From a bacterium (GTDB lineage: Bacteria > SZUA-182 > SZUA-191 > JAJRXT01): 26,478 bases of DNA. Below are positions 18,730-26,325 of the stretch, one piece after another. The DNA lies in assembly GCA_024277605.1 (NCBI GenBank), contig JAJRUU010000168.1, positions 1 to 26,478 on the forward strand. Direction: 5' to 3'. A program made the position numbers and the translations under genes. Positions within the stretch are counted from its first letter, which is position 1; each line of letters opens with the position of its first letter. A model generated the notes under the pieces. It had not been told where the DNA came from and did not search any database. It saw only the letters and a list, made by a program, of their open reading frames with translations.

Positions 18730-18804
18730 GGTCCCATCGTCTAGCGGTTAGGACATCGCCCTCTCACGGCGGAGACAGGGGTTCGATTCCCCTTGGGACT
18801 ACCA
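18730..18804 (+). tRNA. tRNA-Glu (anticodon CUC), CCA encoded
   Basis: Manual cloverleaf. Acceptor GGTCCCA/TGGGACT (G1-U72 wobble). D-stem GTCT/GGAC with an 8-nt D-loop. Anticodon stem TCGCC/GGCGG with loop CTCTCAC. 4-nt variable loop. T-stem AGGGG/CCCCT with the TTCGATT loop. Discriminator A plus CCA. Confidence 0.85.
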
Positions 18805-18833
18805 AAATATATCGAGGAGTTAGCTGAAACGGC

Positions 18834-19208
18834 TTACTTTTCGGTAACAACTTGAGCTATGGCATAGTGTCTGGAATGGGATATGCTCAGGTAAATGCCC
18901 TTAATCTCCACGGTAGCTCTGTGTTTCTCCAGCTCATTATGCAATCTTACCTGGGGTTTGTTGCTATCCTTGGCATTAATAATCTCTATGTCCTTCCAGG
19001 AGATACTTCCCCTATAATCGAGGGCTTTGTATACAGCTTCCTTGGCGGCGAATTTACCTGCAAAATGTTGCTCTGAGCGGCTTTTTCCCAGACAGTAATC
19101 AATTTCCTGCTGGTTGAATACCCGGGTTATAAAAAGCTGGGCATGCTTTTTAATTAGGGCCGCTATGCGCCCGATTTCTACAATATCCACCCCCACCCCC
19201 ACAATCAT
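18834..19208 (-). CDS. acpS: Holo-[acyl-carrier-protein] synthase (4'-phosphopantetheinyl transferase, AcpS type)
   Basis: 124 aa. 'MIVGVGVDIVEIGRI', 'FAAKEAVYKAL' and 'ISHSRHYA' match AcpS conserved motifs. Confidence 0.85.
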   Translation of the reverse strand: MIVGVGVDIVEIGRIAALIKKHAQLFITRVFNQQEIDYCLGKSRSEQHFAGKFAAKEAVYKALDYRGSISWKDIEIINAKDSNKPQVRLHNELEKHRATVEIKGIYLSISHSRHYAIAQVVTEK

Positions 19209-19220
19209 ATACGGTTCCTC

Positions 19221-19630
19221 TCTAACCCGAAAAATTCGGGTCTTGTTATGGACGAATCGATATTTAGTTGAAAATTATAAATTTATCCAGTAGTGTCCGG
19301 TTAGGTTTTTGCACCAGCGGCAAAATGTCTTTTAGTTCTCTCTCCCCTCTGGGGAGAGAGTTAGAGTGAGGGGAAAACCCGGTTTTAAAATTCCCCTCAC
19401 CTTGATCCTCTCCCCCAAGGGAGAGGAAAAACAAGGAGTCTTGTGTTAGAAACTTACCGCAATTATTGACTTTTACCGTGTGCAAAAACTTGGAGCGGAC
19501 AACGCTGAAATTTATCAGTCTCCTGTTCCTATCCCCTTGGGCAAACAAAGTTTTATTGGACGTTGGCTTATAAACCTTATCTCGCAAGGGATGTCTTGCA
19601 AAACCAGCCTAAATTTATGAATAGGTCGGG
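19221..19630 (+). repeat. Composite repeat, copy 2, interrupted by a ~220-bp insertion (contains inverted 73-bp element B2 at 19558-19630)
   Basis: 19221-19287 equals 18451-18517 with 1 mismatch. 19508-19630 equals 18509-18630 with 4 mismatches. The two halves are separated by the insert at 19288-19507. Confidence 0.9.
19288..19507. mobile_element. MITE-like non-autonomous insertion (~220 bp) with imperfect ~27-bp terminal inverted repeats and a 9-bp target-site duplication (aaatttatc)
   Basis: Left end cagtagtgtccggttaggtttttgcac. Reverse complement of right end cagcgttgtccgctccaagtttttgcac (19/27 identical, terminal cag and gtttttgcac conserved). The insert is flanked by direct aaatttatc at 19279-19287 and 19508-19516. 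The uninterrupted copy 1 shows the empty site. The interior carries three GC-rich hairpins built from ctctcccc/ggggagag arms. Confidence 0.5.
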
Positions 19631-19640
19631 CTAAAAATAA

Positions 19641-20420
19641 TTACTTTAGCGGCAATATCCGGATCAAGGCTGCGGCTGCTGCGGCTGCCAGTTGATCAAA
19701 AGCGGCTGGATATTGATACACCCAGACCTTGGTTGAGGAGCTGCCCCTGCCGGTCCAGATTAACTCTCCCGTAGACATATCCCAAATCTGCCCCAGAATA
19801 GTAACCGAATAATCGGACGACCTGTTCCCGAAGGCCCAGACAAAAGACATTGAATTGTCATTTATGTTTGATATAATCACCAATTGAGGGATCATCAGGT
19901 ATCTGCAGTTTAAATAATCACCCAACTTTTTCAGAAAGTCAGCATTAACACTTAAATAGTTATAGCTACTTAGAAATTCCAGATAAGGCAGGCTTATATC
20001 TGACTGGCCGATAATGGCCTGCACCTGCTTTGGAGGAATTATAGTTATCCCGCTCTTGTTTTGCTTGAATTTGGCTAATAATATGTCGTTTGCGGTATTA
20101 CGAAAGCCTTCCATAGAAGTTTCCGTAGGCAGGGAAATCTCGGTATTTTTAATAATACGTGAGGGGGAATAAGGCGCCTCGGCAATCCTGGCGGTATCGG
20201 ATTTATTGTTTAGAGAGCTGCTACCGGCTGCCATTACTGAAAACAAGGCCAGCTTGCCCTCGATTCCTATATCAGGCTTAATCCTGTAAGACTCATCAGC
20301 CAGATGTTTAATTCCTGATGTTCCACAAGCGCCAGCCAAAAAGGTCAATATTAAACACCCAGCTATCCGCATAGTAGTTTTCATTGCCATTCCCCTACAA
20401 TTAAAGTGGTAATGTCTCAC
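19641..20420 (-). CDS. Exported protein of unknown function (signal peptide; possible lipoprotein)
   Basis: 259 aa. The probable true start is the third in-frame ATG (MKTTMRIAGCLILTFLAGAC-GTSG), 6 nt after AGGGGA, which would end the CDS at 20384. Signal peptide with an AGA|C cleavage/lipobox-like site. The Ser/Asn-rich mature part has no recognisable catalytic motif. Last gene of the carrier-protein operon. Confidence 0.55.
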   Translation of the reverse strand: MRHYHFNCRGMAMKTTMRIAGCLILTFLAGACGTSGIKHLADESYRIKPDIGIEGKLALFSVMAAGSSSLNNKSDTARIAEAPYSPSRIIKNTEISLPTETSMEGFRNTANDILLAKFKQNKSGITIIPPKQVQAIIGQSDISLPYLEFLSSYNYLSVNADFLKKLGDYLNCRYLMIPQLVIISNINDNSMSFVWAFGNRSSDYSVTILGQIWDMSTGELIWTGRGSSSTKVWVYQYPAAFDQLAAAAAAALIRILPLK

Positions 20421-20465
20421 TTTGTTCTAAATATAGTAAATTATATAATCAAATTTACCGAAATG

Positions 20466-21983
20466 CTAAGTCCCGCTTCCGTCTGTAAGGCGGCAGGGAA
20501 TGGGATTAGCTTGAGTTGCTTCAAGGAATAAATCCAGCCCCTGGCTGGTTTGTTGGCGCCTTATCTTGCCGCTGGCCGTTTTGGGCAATTGATTTACACA
20601 GACAAATTGCTTGGGCACCTTGTATGGAGCTAAGCGCTTATAGCAGAACCGCCGCAGATCTTGTAAATCCAAAGGCTTATTAAGCCCGTTTTTTAAAACA
20701 ATTTTTGCCACAGGCAACTGGCCATATTTTGGGTGATCTTTACCGTAAACCAGCGACTCATAAATCTGGGAGTACTGATTAAGCACGGCTTCAACTTCAA
20801 ACGGGAATATTTTTATGCCGATAAAATTAATTACATTCTGCTTACGCCCCACAATAGTCAAAAAACCAGTTTCATCGATTTTACCCAGATCGCCGGTTAT
20901 AAACCACCCATCCTCCAGAATAGCTTCCCGGTTTTGCCAGGGAGAGAAATAAGCATCCAGCATGCCTTTGCCTCTCACATAAACCCTTCCCACTCCGCTT
21001 GCATCTTGGTCAACAATTTTAATTTCATAATCGGGCAATATTTTGCCGACAGAATTGCGGTTATGCTGATTGGCGGAAAGATTGATAAATGGCAGCCCCA
21101 CTTCTATGATTCCATATGCCTGCGCCAATTCAAAACCAAATTTTTGAAAAAAAGCGCTGGCAGTTCCGTATGAAAGTTTTATGGTAGTGGAAACCGCTAA
21201 ACGGATACTCAGTAAAGATTCCGGGGACAGCAAATCCGAATGGGTTAACAAATCATAGTGAAAGGGTGAGGCATAGATAACGGTCGCCCGATATTTAGTA
21301 ATACTTTCCACCAGGGAATCGGGGAAGGGATGATGACAGAGAATAATAGTGGCTGCCCGGCGCAGAAAGAGCAGAATACTGACCACAAAATGAAAACTCA
21401 TGGACAAAACCCACAGAATTGAATCTGCTGAGGTTATCCGCAGACCCTTATCCGCAGCCTCGGTTCTTTGCATAATTGTTTCATGTGACAGGACGACCCC
21501 CTTACTCTTATCGGTAGTGCCGGAGCTGAACCGAATGAAGGCCGGATTGATTTTATAGTATGCTTGGGTGATTTTCCTCTTCACCTGTATCTTTTTAATA
21601 AAAAAGGTGTCGCTGGAAAGGCCGCAGCAAATAAATTTCTCAGCTCCGGCATAAGGGTAAAAATCTTTTTTAAACAGCAGAAAGTCTGCGCTAATCTCAT
21701 TTAGCACCTGCTCGATTTCTGCTGCGGTATAGTCCGCTGAAACAGGAACCGCTACTGCCGATATGGATAAAATGGCCAGGCTGGCGGCGATATAGTCAAT
21801 ACTATTGCCACAAAGTAAGCCTACCCGCTGAAAAGGGGCCACTCCCCCTTTTTTTAATAAACCGGCAATCTCCTGCGCTGCAGAAATCAATTCCGCATAT
21901 GACAGCGTACGTGTGTCTTCAATCAGGGCTGTTTTATGCGCAAAGTTCTGCGTCTCTGCTTTTATTAGTTGGAAAATGTTCAT
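20466..21983 (-). CDS. Adenylate-forming enzyme (AMP-dependent synthetase/ligase; acyl-ACP/acyl-CoA or fatty-acyl-AMP ligase type)
   Basis: 505 aa. Core motifs A3 'FSSGTTDKSKGVVLSH', A5 'YGIIEVG', A7/A8 'ITGDLGKIDETGFLTIVGRKQNVI' and A10 'PKTASGKIRR'. Start codon 3 nt after the stop of the upstream radical SAM gene. Confidence 0.9.
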   Translation of the reverse strand: MNIFQLIKAETQNFAHKTALIEDTRTLSYAELISAAQEIAGLLKKGGVAPFQRVGLLCGNSIDYIAASLAILSISAVAVPVSADYTAAEIEQVLNEISADFLLFKKDFYPYAGAEKFICCGLSSDTFFIKKIQVKRKITQAYYKINPAFIRFSSGTTDKSKGVVLSHETIMQRTEAADKGLRITSADSILWVLSMSFHFVVSILLFLRRAATIILCHHPFPDSLVESITKYRATVIYASPFHYDLLTHSDLLSPESLLSIRLAVSTTIKLSYGTASAFFQKFGFELAQAYGIIEVGLPFINLSANQHNRNSVGKILPDYEIKIVDQDASGVGRVYVRGKGMLDAYFSPWQNREAILEDGWFITGDLGKIDETGFLTIVGRKQNVINFIGIKIFPFEVEAVLNQYSQIYESLVYGKDHPKYGQLPVAKIVLKNGLNKPLDLQDLRRFCYKRLAPYKVPKQFVCVNQLPKTASGKIRRQQTSQGLDLFLEATQANPIPCRLTDGSGT

Positions 21984-21986
21984 GTT

Positions 21987-23426
21987 TTATTTTGACGGGT
22001 AATCCTGATAAATCTTTTTCAGGGCCATGATATATTTTGTACCGTAAATTATAGATTTTATTACTTCTGCAAAGGGCACCCGAACTTTATTAATCCTGAG
22101 CGGATTGCCCCTCCAACCTATGGTGTAAAGCCGGGCGAAGTGTTGGTAAAATGTTTTAATATCGAGCTTAGTGGGCAACAGGGTATGAAAGCAATCATAA
22201 AACAAATATGGGTCAGCACAGATAAAATCCGCTTTGTGCTTATACCAGAGCGCTGACCCTGGAGATGGCGAGAATACCGTAAAGGAAACCTCGGCCGGCA
22301 AAACATTAAGCACTTCTTTTTCCAGGCCCCTGAAATCCTGCAGCGAAAAGTTTGGATCGACCATAAAGGATGCGTGTAGAATTATGTCCAGTTCCCGCAA
22401 AATTGATACGGCTTTACGATTGGTTTCCACCGTGGTTCGTTTTTCATAATTACCAAGCCGTTTATCATCCATGGCTTCCAAACCGACATAAACTATACCC
22501 AAACCGACCTTTTTCCATAGCTTAAACAATTCCGGGCGGCTGATAATTGTATCGCTTCTGGCCCAGCTGACGAACTTTTTTTTTATGCCGCGCTCAATCA
22601 ACAGGTTTGCAATTTCCGTCATCCTGTTTGCATTTAAAAATGTCTCATCATCCACAAAATAAATATAATCTTCGCCAATCCCTTCAATTTCAGCTACCAC
22701 ATCTTCCGGAGTGCGCTGCAAATACTCGGAATGCATTATATAAGGCACCACACAAAAAGAACACGAAAAAGCACAGCCGTAAGATGTGCGGATGGTGGCG
22801 ATGCGGGGAAATATGGTGGATAATTTTTTCTCGGGGCTGGATGTCCACACAGAAAAATAGCGAGTGCGCTGTACTAAATCCCTGCGCGGCCGAGGTATAT
22901 CTCCGGGGCGGGGAAATTTCGCGGGTGGGGTGCTGGCTTTCACCTCAAAACCAGGATCCTTGACCGACAAGGCGACTTGTCCAAAATAGAGCGGCTCCCC
23001 CCGCTTGAAGCGACGGATGATCTCCCTGATAGCCGTTCCGCCCTCCCCGCGCACAATAATATCAATGTCCGCTATTGCATAATCCGCAGGCGCAATGGTG
23101 GCATGAATTCCACCCACAATTACCGTCGCCGAGGGGTCAATAGTCTTTGCAATATGGGCCAATTTTTTGACTATTGCAGCTTGCGTACTATATCCGGTAA
23201 GACCGATTATATGCGGTTTTTTAGCTTGCAATTCCCGCCGAAAAAGCCCAAGCGGGTCTTTCTCTAAACTTAAATCACAGATAAAAACCTGATCCTCATC
23301 CGGTACACCACCGGCCACAACTTCCAACTCTAATGGTTCCAGGTGCAGAAATTTTTTCAAATGCTCAGTCACCAGGAGTTGCGAGTGCGGTCTGACCAAG
23401 AGAATACGCAAGGGCTGATCCTGCAT
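21987..23426 (-). CDS. Cobalamin (B12)-binding radical SAM enzyme (class B), second copy in the window
   Basis: 479 aa. N-terminal B12-binding-like domain ('HIIGLTGYSTQAAIVKKLAHIAKTIDPSATVIVGGIHAT') then 'TSYGCAFSCSFCVVPY' CxxxCxxC. Confidence 0.85.
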   Translation of the reverse strand: MQDQPLRILLVRPHSQLLVTEHLKKFLHLEPLELEVVAGGVPDEDQVFICDLSLEKDPLGLFRRELQAKKPHIIGLTGYSTQAAIVKKLAHIAKTIDPSATVIVGGIHATIAPADYAIADIDIIVRGEGGTAIREIIRRFKRGEPLYFGQVALSVKDPGFEVKASTPPAKFPRPGDIPRPRRDLVQRTRYFSVWTSSPEKKLSTIFPRIATIRTSYGCAFSCSFCVVPYIMHSEYLQRTPEDVVAEIEGIGEDYIYFVDDETFLNANRMTEIANLLIERGIKKKFVSWARSDTIISRPELFKLWKKVGLGIVYVGLEAMDDKRLGNYEKRTTVETNRKAVSILRELDIILHASFMVDPNFSLQDFRGLEKEVLNVLPAEVSFTVFSPSPGSALWYKHKADFICADPYLFYDCFHTLLPTKLDIKTFYQHFARLYTIGWRGNPLRINKVRVPFAEVIKSIIYGTKYIMALKKIYQDYPSK

Positions 23427-23441
23427 TAACAGCCTCCCATC

Positions 23442-24656
23442 TTATTCTGTTTTAGCATAATGATAATTCCCATGCTTAACCCAATATGCGGCAGCCTGTC
23501 CCGCCTGTTCCCCCAAAACCATACAGGTTCCCATAACCCTGGTAGAGGCATAAGCCTCATGCGAAACGGAAATAATCCGTCCGGCACATAAAAGATTGTG
23601 GATATCTTTAACTTTCAGACAGCGAAAGGGGATCTCATAATAATCCCCGGCTTTTAGATATTTATAAAGCGTGCCCTTGTTTTTGTCCCATATTTCTATC
23701 GGCCAGGAATTCTTCAGCACCCCATCCTGAAATTTCCTTGCCCCCAGAACATCATCTTCGGTGAGCGTGAACTCCCCGCATATTCTCCGGCTTTCCCTGT
23801 CCATAACCCCCATTGAACTTCCGGCAATATAAGCAGCTTTGAAGGCCGACAGCCTGCGGCTTAAATAGCCAGTGGCATCTATGGCGTATTGCCGGGCTTC
23901 TTGCTCACGCTCAGCGCTACCTGCCCCATTAATGCTTAATTTGCAATAACCCTCATCCGGCGCATCTCCAGGGCTGTAACTTGAAAACCTTAAGACAGGG
24001 GGCAAAATATTCTCTTTCACCGCCAGGGCCAGACAATAAGGGACTTTAATCGACAACATCGCATCCTGATCCCGCAAGCCTTTTAATAAAATGGTGTAAG
24101 CCGCAAGTTGTATTTCATGTGCCGCTGATATATCATAAGCGGCTCCAGCCATGACAGACACCTCGCCATTGCCGGTACAATCGACTACCGCCTCGGGATA
24201 TATATCGTACTGTTTGGCCGAATGATAGACTGAGAGCCTATTAATCGCCTCTCTATTTTTACCTACCCCAATTGCGGTTGTGTTTAATAGAACATTTAAA
24301 TTTGACTCACCCAGACACAAAGAACTTAAACCATATTGCAGGGCAAACCAGGAATAAGGCAGGGCAAAAACCTTCCCCAGCCGGGTAACTTTTTTTTGCG
24401 GTGATAATTTATTTAAAATACTTACTATTTCTCTTACAATCCCCCCATTCAATGTTTCACTGGGCCAGGCCTTGCCGTTTAAGTATAAGCCGCAAATATA
24501 GCGTAACATTCCCCAGCCGCCCACACCACCCAGAACATTTTGTTTTTCCAATAAAATGGTGCGGGCGCCATTGCGGGCTGAGGCTAGTGCGGCTACTACC
24601 CCGGCAACGCCCCCGCCAACCACTAAAACATCACAATGGGTATCTTGGGTTAACAT
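23442..24656 (-). CDS. FAD-dependent oxidoreductase (PF12831-like)
   Basis: 404 aa. N-terminal '[36 protein letters not shown]' dinucleotide-binding fold. No WxWxIP halogenase motif seen. Confidence 0.78.
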   Translation of the reverse strand: MLTQDTHCDVLVVGGGVAGVVAALASARNGARTILLEKQNVLGGVGGWGMLRYICGLYLNGKAWPSETLNGGIVREIVSILNKLSPQKKVTRLGKVFALPYSWFALQYGLSSLCLGESNLNVLLNTTAIGVGKNREAINRLSVYHSAKQYDIYPEAVVDCTGNGEVSVMAGAAYDISAAHEIQLAAYTILLKGLRDQDAMLSIKVPYCLALAVKENILPPVLRFSSYSPGDAPDEGYCKLSINGAGSAEREQEARQYAIDATGYLSRRLSAFKAAYIAGSSMGVMDRESRRICGEFTLTEDDVLGARKFQDGVLKNSWPIEIWDKNKGTLYKYLKAGDYYEIPFRCLKVKDIHNLLCAGRIISVSHEAYASTRVMGTCMVLGEQAGQAAAYWVKHGNYHYAKTE

Positions 24657-24681
24657 ATCTTTTTAGTGAACAAAATCGGGC

Positions 24682-26013
24682 CTACAATCTGTCGATTAAG
24701 CCTCTTTCAAGCAGATCGACCTCTTCATCCGCTAACAATCCGTCAAGCCAAGTGATAATTGCATTTAACTGCCCGTTAGATGAGTTAAAAAATATCCCTA
24801 ACCCCGGCGGCACAGGAATCCGCGGCATATGAAAAATGTTTTTGATGTTCGCCCCCAGTAAATCTGGAAAGCGGTATGAACTTTTCCCCACATGGGAAAA
24901 GCAGAATGAAGCTATATTTCCACCAACCGGCAATTGGAACAGCTTGTTTAAAACAGGCAAAGGGGCAATTCGCAGCAGGGCGGAAGCCGCAAGCAGGTTA
25001 GCCGGAATCTGTGACTGCACCTGTTCGTACATCTGTGCTTTTATTTCCTTTAACAAGAGCTCCCTGCTTTTTAAGGTATCCACATTAATCTGGAAGAAAA
25101 ACATGGAAACATAGTTAAAGAACAATTCCTGTCTTATATCCTTTGCCGATCTCATATCCACCGAAACCGGAACCATATAGCTCTGGCCGGAGGCGCCCTT
25201 ACTTTCAAAAAACTCATGCATGGTTTGGACTACTGCGGCAAACAAATACGGCATTTCCATTAAATATCCCGCTACGGCATAAGCATTCTCATAAATCTTT
25301 TCGGTTTGCTCCCGGTCAAAGCAGATCGAACGAAACCGGAAACCCTTTTTTACCTCTGAATGTGGGAGCGGCAAATTCCTTACGGAGGTTTTGGAAAGGG
25401 CGATTAATCTACGGTTAATAGTTTTACCGGCAGCAAATTTATGCTTCCAGTTATCAAGATCAGCGGAGGCGGTTAAACAAACCCCCTTGGTAACTGCAGG
25501 ATCGCCGCCATCAGCAAAATATTGTTGGAATAAATCTAAAAATGCTTCTGCACCCCGGGCATCAAGCAGCCGATGATCAAAGGTCATGGCTAAACAACTT
25601 TGCCGGTCTTTGGTATAGACAAGATGAAAGGCTAAATGTTCATTTTTCCTTTTAAAGGGGCGGTTACTGCCCTCTTCCATCACAGATAACACGCTTTTTG
25701 GGGCGGCTGAATTTTCCAGCCGGTAAATATTAAGGTTCAGACCATTTTCAATATATTTTTTGGGAATTCGCCAATAGGGGGCCAGGGTATAATCGCGGGC
25801 CACCTGCCCTTGCACCACCGGAAATTCCTTGAGGAACCGGCTTAGGTAACTGCGCACCCGGGCCTCATCAACTTGACCATCCAGCATGAACACCAGTTGC
25901 GAGGCATTGCCCGCCACGGTTGATTTTTTTATTAAATAATCTATAACGCTCATTATCCAATCGAAGCCGGATAAATAGCGCCTGTTCTTGGATGCCAGGA
26001 CTGTCAAATTCAT
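24682..26013 (-). CDS. Hypothetical protein; candidate condensation/CAT-like (HxxxD) acyltransferase
   Basis: 443 aa, a size typical of stand-alone condensation/PapA5/WS-DGAT-type domains. 'FDHRLLDARG' at about residue 145 resembles the HHxxxDG active-site motif (second His and Asp retained) at the expected position. Located between the ACP and FAD oxidoreductase genes, with 5- and 25-bp gaps. Confidence 0.4.
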   Translation of the reverse strand: MNLTVLASKNRRYLSGFDWIMSVIDYLIKKSTVAGNASQLVFMLDGQVDEARVRSYLSRFLKEFPVVQGQVARDYTLAPYWRIPKKYIENGLNLNIYRLENSAAPKSVLSVMEEGSNRPFKRKNEHLAFHLVYTKDRQSCLAMTFDHRLLDARGAEAFLDLFQQYFADGGDPAVTKGVCLTASADLDNWKHKFAAGKTINRRLIALSKTSVRNLPLPHSEVKKGFRFRSICFDREQTEKIYENAYAVAGYLMEMPYLFAAVVQTMHEFFESKGASGQSYMVPVSVDMRSAKDIRQELFFNYVSMFFFQINVDTLKSRELLLKEIKAQMYEQVQSQIPANLLAASALLRIAPLPVLNKLFQLPVGGNIASFCFSHVGKSSYRFPDLLGANIKNIFHMPRIPVPPGLGIFFNSSNGQLNAIITWLDGLLADEEVDLLERGLIDRL

Positions 26014-26018
26014 AAAGC

Positions 26019-26270
26019 CTAAAGCCTTTTATTGACATAGGAAGCTAAAGCTGAGATTGTTTTAATATCTTCACGGGTTAAACCTGATTCTAGTAATTGC
26101 AAATTAAAATTGCTTTCAATAAACACAAATATCTCAACTAAGCCCAGAGAATCAATCCCCAGCTCAGGCAAAGGGGTCTGTGCCGTAATTGTGCTTTTAT
26201 CCAGCGACATTATATCGGTGACGGCTTGAATTAATTTTTCTTCTATTTCTTCCAAACTCATTTTATTCAT
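26019..26270 (-). CDS. Acyl/peptidyl carrier protein
   Basis: 83 aa, acidic. 'LGIDSLGLVEIFVFIE' with the phosphopantetheine-attachment Ser in the DSL context, followed by the helix typical of ACP/PCP. Confidence 0.8.
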   Translation of the reverse strand: MNKMSLEEIEEKLIQAVTDIMSLDKSTITAQTPLPELGIDSLGLVEIFVFIESNFNLQLLESGLTREDIKTISALASYVNKRL

Positions 26271-26325
26271 AAACGTAAACTGCCTCCAACCCGAAAAGGT
26301 AAATAGTTGCGATGATTGTTCTTAT

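Noticed and set aside
19264-19587. 107-aa minus-strand ORF
   Set aside because: It lies entirely within the composite repeat and the MITE-like insert. Its existence depends on the hairpin-rich insert, there is no RBS, and it has low-complexity composition. Almost certainly not coding.
13914-19630. Possible CRISPR array, suggested by recurring ~73-bp sequences
   Set aside because: The copies are 73 bp (too long for CRISPR repeats), irregularly spaced (200 bp and about 1 kb apart), occur in both orientations at two loci, and are separated by genes and promoters rather than uniform spacers. No cas genes are present.
18558-19630. Exact 1000-bp spacing between the two inverted 73-bp copies, suggestive of an assembly artefact or tandem 1-kb duplication
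   Set aside because: The sequence between the copies is unique (tRNA, acpS). The left arms of the composite repeats are offset by 770 bp, not 1000. The round number results from the 229-bp insertion (220-bp MITE plus 9-bp duplicated target site) and is coincidental.
20733-21173. 146-aa plus-strand ORF
   Set aside because: Antisense to the adenylating-enzyme gene, which has all core motifs. No independent support.
23442-24656. FAD enzyme considered as a flavin-dependent halogenase
   Set aside because: The GxGxxG motif is present, but the WxWxIP motif diagnostic of flavin halogenases is absent. Keeping the generic FAD-oxidoreductase call.
24401-25576. Plus-strand ORFs of 143, 92, 91 and 61 aa
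   Set aside because: Antisense to the FAD oxidoreductase and the condensation-like gene within a tightly packed minus-strand operon. Arg/Pro/Ser-rich antisense composition.
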